A stretch of 60,291 bases of DNA, filler included, from Sluysia triapertura (Eukaryota): NCBI GenBank assembly GCA_046118255.1. It is 5 parts of 5 records of this genome, joined end to end, with 100 filler letters (N's around TTAATTAATTAA, not from the genome) between each part and the next. Parts side by side here need not be neighbours in the genome. Positions count along the whole stretch, not along the records: positions 48,253 to 60,291 come from JBJNIA010145721.1; 4 more parts are not named here. One strand, 5' to 3'. Made by a program: the position numbers and the translations under genes. Shown in pieces: positions 53,868 to 60,291 of the stretch; the first letter of the stretch is position 1; each line of letters begins with the position of its first letter. Below the pieces are notes generated by a model. It saw nothing but the letters and a program-made list of their open reading frames with translations. It did no database searches and had not been told where the DNA came from.

Positions 53868-55149
53868 TAATTATAACAGTATCAAATGATTTTATATATT
53901 TAAAGTTGTTTAAAATTTTTAAAATATCAACCAAATTTAATTTACGATTTTAAATAGCTTTGTAAAATGCTAGGAAAATGAATTAAGCAAAGATTTTCAG
54001 TCAAATATTAACCACAGTACAAGCGATAAAAGCACATGTATTGTGACTTAAACTATTCAATTTATCATAATTTATTCTACTGAATGGAAAACTAAACATT
54101 TAGGTTGATATATTCTTAAAAGTTTATTTTAGTCCAAAACTTTTACAATCAATTGCTACATTTAATGCGGGCTTGTAATTATTTAAATGCAACGAATTAG
54201 CAAATTTCAAACGAGGAAACACTTTTTAGATGATATTTTTAAAATTAAATTACTTTTCGACCGGTCTTAGATTTTTGATTTTGTTTATTTAAAATGTTTA
54301 TTGAGTTTAATCTCAAAATATAAATAAAGTTGTAACATTTGACAATGTCAAAACAATGCAATTTACTTAATGAATAGTTCAAGTTATATCTACAAGTATC
54401 ATTTCCATAAAATGAAATTTTAAGTCTTGATTAAAAAACAATTTGTACTTTTTATTAACATTTTTTAAAACATTATGCTTCATTAAATTGCTTTTTCTAC
54501 CACTTTAATATGAATACCATGAAAAAATTTATAAAAATAATAAATATTTTTATTTTTCAGATATCCGAAAGCTTTTTCTTCATTTATTTCATACAAATAT
54601 AACATGAATATAAAAACGGATAATTTTCCATCTAAATAAAAATTTTTTTTCAATTTTTTTATTAATCTCAATAAATATTAAAAATTACCATTGACTCTTA
54701 CAGTTAAATTTATTTAGAATATTTTTAGAATACAATTGTTTCTTGAAATTAAATAAAGTTAAATTAATACTTTGTTTTGGTTAGTGTTAAATAATTAATC
54801 AAATAATTTTAAAATAATTTATTAAATAAAATTTGATTTTAATTTATGTACAAATTTTTAGATAGTATTTGCAAAAAAATATTTCAAATAAAAATACAGA
54901 TATTGACTTTAACCATTCTTTTAATATGCTTCTTATGTCAAGTTACTTAGCAAAATTATATACAAATTTTAAATGCAAAAATTGTTTTTAATTTTATTAT
55001 GCAATAATAAAATATTTAATATTTTCATTTTTAAATAAATTAACACAAAGATAATTTTTTTAGTTATCAGTTTTAATACATTTTTTGTTTACTATAATTA
55101 TTTAATGAATATATTTTAAACTATATTTCTAAACTTTATGCGTAAATAA

Positions 55150-55188
<39 letters not shown>

Positions 55189-55222
55189 TGGCATCATGTG
55201 TAAATAATTAACACTGATTTAA

Positions 55223-55411
<189 letters not shown>

Positions 55412-55572
55412 TGAAAATAGTATTTAAAATGAGAAATTTTATGCTGGTTATAATTTGAAATCAAATCGCACAAACATTTAAAATTAAATATAATAATTAA
55501 TAATAGAACAAAGAATTTAATGTAAAATATTTTTGCATTTTTTAAATGAAGCTTTTTTATGAAATTGTAATA

Positions 55573-55765
55573 TTGATTTTTTGTAATTTTGTATTTTATC
55601 GTTTTTTTAAATTTAAATTATATATAAATCAATATTTTGAAAATTCTTAGCTTAGAATTGGTCATGTTGATTTTTTGTAATTTTATATTATTTTATCGTT
55701 TTTTAAAATTTAAATTATATATAAATCAATATTTTGAAAATTCTTAGCTTAGAATTGGTCATGTT
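55573..55765. repeat. Near-identical tandem duplication (~95 bp x2) in CDKL intron
   Basis: TTGATTTTTTGTAATTTT...CTTAGCTTAGAATTGGTCATG occurs twice with a few differences. Confidence 0.85.
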
Positions 55766-56079
55766 TTAATTTTACATATCATAACGAAAAAGTCTATTTA
55801 AAAATTTGGATCATTTTTTAAAATTCTAATTTTAATAACTTTAGAGCTATAGTTATGTTTTTGTAAATTTAAATTTCCATTATGTATCGCTCCAAAAGAA
55901 ACTTTATAAAATAGAAGTAGGAAAAATATTAAAATCTTTAAAACAATCTAAGAATTCAACGAAATTTCTCAAACATATACTAATAAATAGTTGCATAATA
56001 ATCTTTGTATAAAGAGAAATTGGAATTTTCCGAAATATTTATGTCTAATGAAGTATGAAAAATGAAAAATTCATATTCG

Positions 56080-56180
56080 AATTAGAGACCATGAAAGAAT
56101 ATCTGATTATATGGCAATATATTACTTCAAATTAGAGACCATGAAAGAATATCTGATTATATGGCAATATATTACTTCAA
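56080..56180. repeat. Exact tandem duplication (50 bp x2)
   Basis: ATTAGAGACCATGAAAGAATATCTGATTATATGGCAATATATTACTTCAA at 56081 and 56131. Confidence 0.9.
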
Positions 56181-58379
56181 AAACGAATAGTGTTTATTTG
56201 TTTCCTTCTATAGATCAAGATATTATTGAAATTCCTGATGCAATGAAAGAAACTTGTATTTCATAAAAACTAAGTTGTAAATTAAAGGTAAATATCGTAT
56301 TTATATTCGTCTACAGAATCTATCTGTCTAATTTGTTCATATCAAAATGAATAATTCTGAGCGATTATTCGAATTAAACAATTAGTAGCTGAAGAAGAAA
56401 AATAAAGCATAACAAAATTTAATTAAACGATTTAATTAAAGATTTAATTAAACTTCTCCAATTAAGAGAAGGTTTGAATCTTATGTTTAAATGTTTATGG
56501 AAGTGACGAAATTACTGGATATAATAAAGTTAATAAATATCTTAATTAAAAAATTATTGGATTCCAAATTATTATCAAAAGAAAAATTTTTAACAAAAAT
56601 GAATTCTAATTTAAATTTTTAAAAACATTCAATATTAATACCAAAACTAATTTAGAGTTGCGTAATTGTGCTAGTTATATGCAATATAATATAATAGTAC
56701 ATTGGGTTTGTCTTAAAATATAAAATATCATTTTGATTATTACGGTATCAAACTTACTGAATTTCTTATTAATAGTTATGCTTTTAAAATATGTAGTATA
56801 TTTTTATTTATTCTTGTTAAAAATATGATTTTAATGACATAATTTTAGATATAGAAGTAGAAGAATATTTGCTAGCAAATTTTTTAGAGAAAAACGTATC
56901 ATGTAGATAAAATAAAAATAAAGTTTAATTTTAGTGAACATTATAAGTTAAACTTTATCTTATAAAATGTTGAGGCACGTTTCGATAAAGTATTATCGTA
57001 TATTGTTAAAATAAAATGCGATAAAAAGATGGTCAAAATTAATTTAAACATTACAATATTGTTTCTCGGATTTAGAGGTAAAGGAAGGTTGAGAGTGTAT
57101 AAAAACATTTTAATGATCTTCTGAATTTTACCAATTCCATTACTTCTGCTGCTAAAGTAAGGTTAGAATTAACTTTTAAATATGTAATATCTCTAACATG
57201 TGAAGGCGAACTTGCTTTTACGAGATTAGTTCATTTGTTTTCAGCTTGGAAAAGAGAAGTCTATTTATGGCTAATGAGAAACCATAAATAATCGATAAAT
57301 AAAAATGAGAATTTTTCATTGTTGTCGTTTTTCAGATTTAGAATGTAAATTTTTACTGTTATCAGTAGCTTTGCCCCGCAAATTAATTTTTGTAGATAAA
57401 AATTAAACAATTCATTAACAATATAAATTCGAGATATCTAACAACAATAATGACAAATAAAATCAAGCAGAAATTTAATGAATTAAATAATGTGTTAATG
57501 TAGAAGCGATACTACAAAAAATCTTAAAATTAAAAATGATATACAAGACAATGTGGAAATAATAAATAAAATGATAAAAAGAAATGATACGCTTATAAAA
57601 TGTGGTATTCGCTATTTTATTAGGTTTCTTTACTCCTAGTATTATCATCGATTATTCGTCCTTGATAACAAATTTTTTATTAAACACACCGAATTTTAGT
57701 TTAATTAGAAATACAAAAAAACTATAGAAAATTATCAACAGAATTAAACAAATATTAACCTGAATTACTTATGTTTCATCAAAATGAAAACAAATATATC
57801 AAGAAGTAAATTAATAAAACTTTAAAAATAAAGTTACAAACCCTACTACAACTCTGACAAAACAAAACAATCACTGTCTTCTATATTTGTCATTTTTTCT
57901 AGTACCAAGCATTATTTTCAATATGATAAATTAAGAAAGAATTAATCACTTAATTAACTGAAAAATAAATTCATTATTCCATCATTTAATCCAATCTTTT
58001 TTTTCATGAAATTTATCAAGGTAAACATTTCCTTACTTAACTAAATATAATTTGGGTTCATCTGATTTTAACTTGAAATTCAGTTTTCCTAGAACTTTTA
58101 TAATTAGTAAATTTTGATTGTTTCTGATTCCCTTCATTTTTAATTCTTGTTTATTTTCAATAGGTGCATAAAAACACAACTAAGTTAATAAATTTACATA
58201 AATAAATTAGTACTTTAATATTTGGGATCATTAAAATACACAAACCAAACAAATTAGATATATCTTGCTAAATCTTCAAATATTTTAATTGTAATTTAGT
58301 TATTAACTATTTAAATCATATACTATTTAAATATACTATCAATATTTTTTAAACATTTTTTAATGTTTTACGTAGAAAG

Positions 58380-58510
58380 TGTTGCCTATTAATTTCAAAA
58401 ACGTTCTGAAAAGCAAGGGTAGAATTCAAAATCTTGACAATAATTTATATGACAATCCTGAATATCTCTTGGAAATAATAAAAAATTCGGAAATCAAAAT
58501 GAATACCTTT
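58380..58510 (+). mobile_element. Third fragment of the L2-like LINE
   Basis: AGAATTCAAAATCTTGACAATAATTTA and TCCTGAATATCTCTTGGAAATAATAAAAAATT match the reverse complements of the 34.8 kb and 48.6 kb copies. Confidence 0.65.
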
Positions 58511-59713
58511 AAAATCTAGAAACTTATACATTGTTTTGTTTAGGTTTCAAAAATACATATTTTAGATTTTCTTATGAATTCTTAATATTTTCATTTCATA
58601 ATCCAAATATCATTATATTACTATACTATGTTAAGTAAATATAAATTTTTCAAAAGATCTACTTTTCAGGCATATTCTTTAATTGATACTCACTTAGTTT
58701 TATTTTTTCTTTGGTTTTTTTCGGATTTTTATAACTTCGATTACATCATTCTATTTCACCTTTTGCTAATTCTCGAAAAAGCATCATAATGTAAATAATT
58801 TTCTTTAGAAGAATCTGAAAAATATAGATTTACGCGATTAATTGAAATGTGCGATTATAATCTGGATTTATTTCTTACTACATTCAATTACTAATCCGTT
58901 TCTTATATATTTTTCAAAAAATAATTTCTTTTTGATAATATTTTACCTAATATATCTGATAATATACACATTTATATTTTAACCCATATATTCAAGTTAA
59001 TCCTGGAGTTGAATATTTATATCTTTGAATTTGTCAAATAGCTAATATTTCATATTCTCTTAAATTGAAATCTGAATACGAAAATAAACCCATTTTAAAT
59101 TTATGAAATTAATTTTTACTTTAACTACGAAACTATATGCGAAAATTTATTGTACCACTTTAGAATGCTTTTAAAAGGAACCTACACGAACGAGTAAATT
59201 GAAGAAATTGCAGAAAACTTTAAAAATATACAACGAAAGTATTTCCATAAAAATCAAAGAAGGACGTAGCAATAATTTTAAAGGACAAGGAAGTTAAGAT
59301 TCTGCATATTAAGTAGCGCCGGCTAACAGCTTGGAGTATATTCGTACTGTTATAGTATTATCCTAAAATTTGAACAATTAAAAAACTAATGGATCTAAGT
59401 CTAGTAAAAGTACGAATAACGCTTGAATATTTTCATGCCATTTTCGACTTTGAGACAAATTAAGAGTAACTATATTATCTTTCTTGTTGTATTCTTTTGA
59501 TGTTGAAAGATTCTGCAATATTTTTTATTTTTCTGCTCCAATTTCTTGAAATTTATTCAGAAAAACCTAATTTTTAATCATAAGCTTTCTTGAAGTCACT
59601 TTTAAAATCACGATCTTAGTAACTTCTAGGTAACTGAAGGTTTATCCAAAATTTGTAAAAATTAAAATTTTTGCACAGAAAAAAACTTAATAAATATCTC
59701 TATCTATTTCCAG

Positions 59714-59908
59714 CAATTGCGTCATGAAAACTTGGTTAGCTTAATCGATGTTTTCAAAAGACGTAAGAAATTGTTCCTGGTATTCGAATTCATTGATTAT
59801 ACTTTGCTGGATGATTTAGAAAACAATCCTGGAGGATTAGAAGACAAATATGCTAGACGGATATTATTTCAAGTACTACGTGGAATCGAATTTTGTCATA
59901 ATAACGAT
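59714..59908 (+). CDS. CDKL2: CDKL2-like kinase, second coding exon (gene continues beyond window)
   Basis: Acceptor TTTCCAG, donor GTAAGT, phase 0. QLRHENLVSLIDVFKRRKKLFLVFEFIDYTLLDDLENNPGGL..ILFQVLRGIEFCHNND. Confidence 0.93.
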
Positions 59909-60241
59909 GTAAGTGATGGTTTCTTACATTATTATTTATATTGTAAGAATGTAAATTTCTTAATTTTAAATAAAAATTTAAAAAAAATATTTTTTAATGA
60001 TAATCTTCAAAATTTATTTCATAAACAAAAATCTCAAAAAATTGAGCATTCTAAAATTAAGAAGAAAATACCTTTAAACACATCTAACTTAAGAAAAACT
60101 ATCGATTAAACGAAATCACAGTATGAATGAAAAATCATTATCTTAGTAATATAGAAATAAAAATGATTACTAAAAATGACTATATATGAAAACTAAATTC
60201 ATAATATGGATAAACCAATATTATAACAAAAAATTAACTAA

Positions 60242-60291
60242 TACAGTCGGACCCCGTATAACGCGACCCCCAATTACGCGATTTCGTATAA
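60242..60291. mobile_element. Left end of a Tigger/pogo-like element at window end
   Basis: TA|CAGTCGGACCCCGTATAACGCG: CAGT terminus after TA, with ACGCGA subterminal repeats. Confidence 0.6.

Noticed and set aside
59909-60109. C-terminal half of the 130-aa ORF as protein
   Set aside because: Read-through into an intron after the GTAAGT donor; kinase similarity stops at 59908.

Overview
Very AT-rich, intron-containing animal DNA. The (AAT)n arrays, short GT-AG introns and gene content are compatible with a flatworm/planarian-type genome (inference only). The window is not one locus. Four identical 100-nt spacers (N44-TTAATTAATTAA-N44, a six-frame stop linker) join five contigs of about 11.5-12.8 kb, and genes are cut at the joins. 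Host genes, all partial and spliced: a DCLK3-type doublecortin domain (2 exons, +), the 3' end of ferroportin/SLC40A1 (2 exons, +), a divergent APP/APL-1-like gene (E2 domain, TM helix and NPTY tail; 6 exons, -), a terminal exon ending in a PDZ-type motif (+), the first two coding exons of a CDKL2-like kinase (+) and a small poly-Ile single-pass membrane gene fragment. The rest is rich in decayed transposons (piggyBac-, pogo/Tigger-, Tc1-, hAT- and L2-like). Most interesting: (1) an intact, intronless ORF of more than 1.1 kb with no family I recognise, plus a decayed paralogue on another contig nested among long LTR-like repeats; (2) a second unrecognised decayed gene that may also be present twice, so both may belong to an abundant large mobile element or virus; (3) a 131-158 bp TG...CA element with a 4-bp TSD that carries an internal tRNA-like Pol III cassette.
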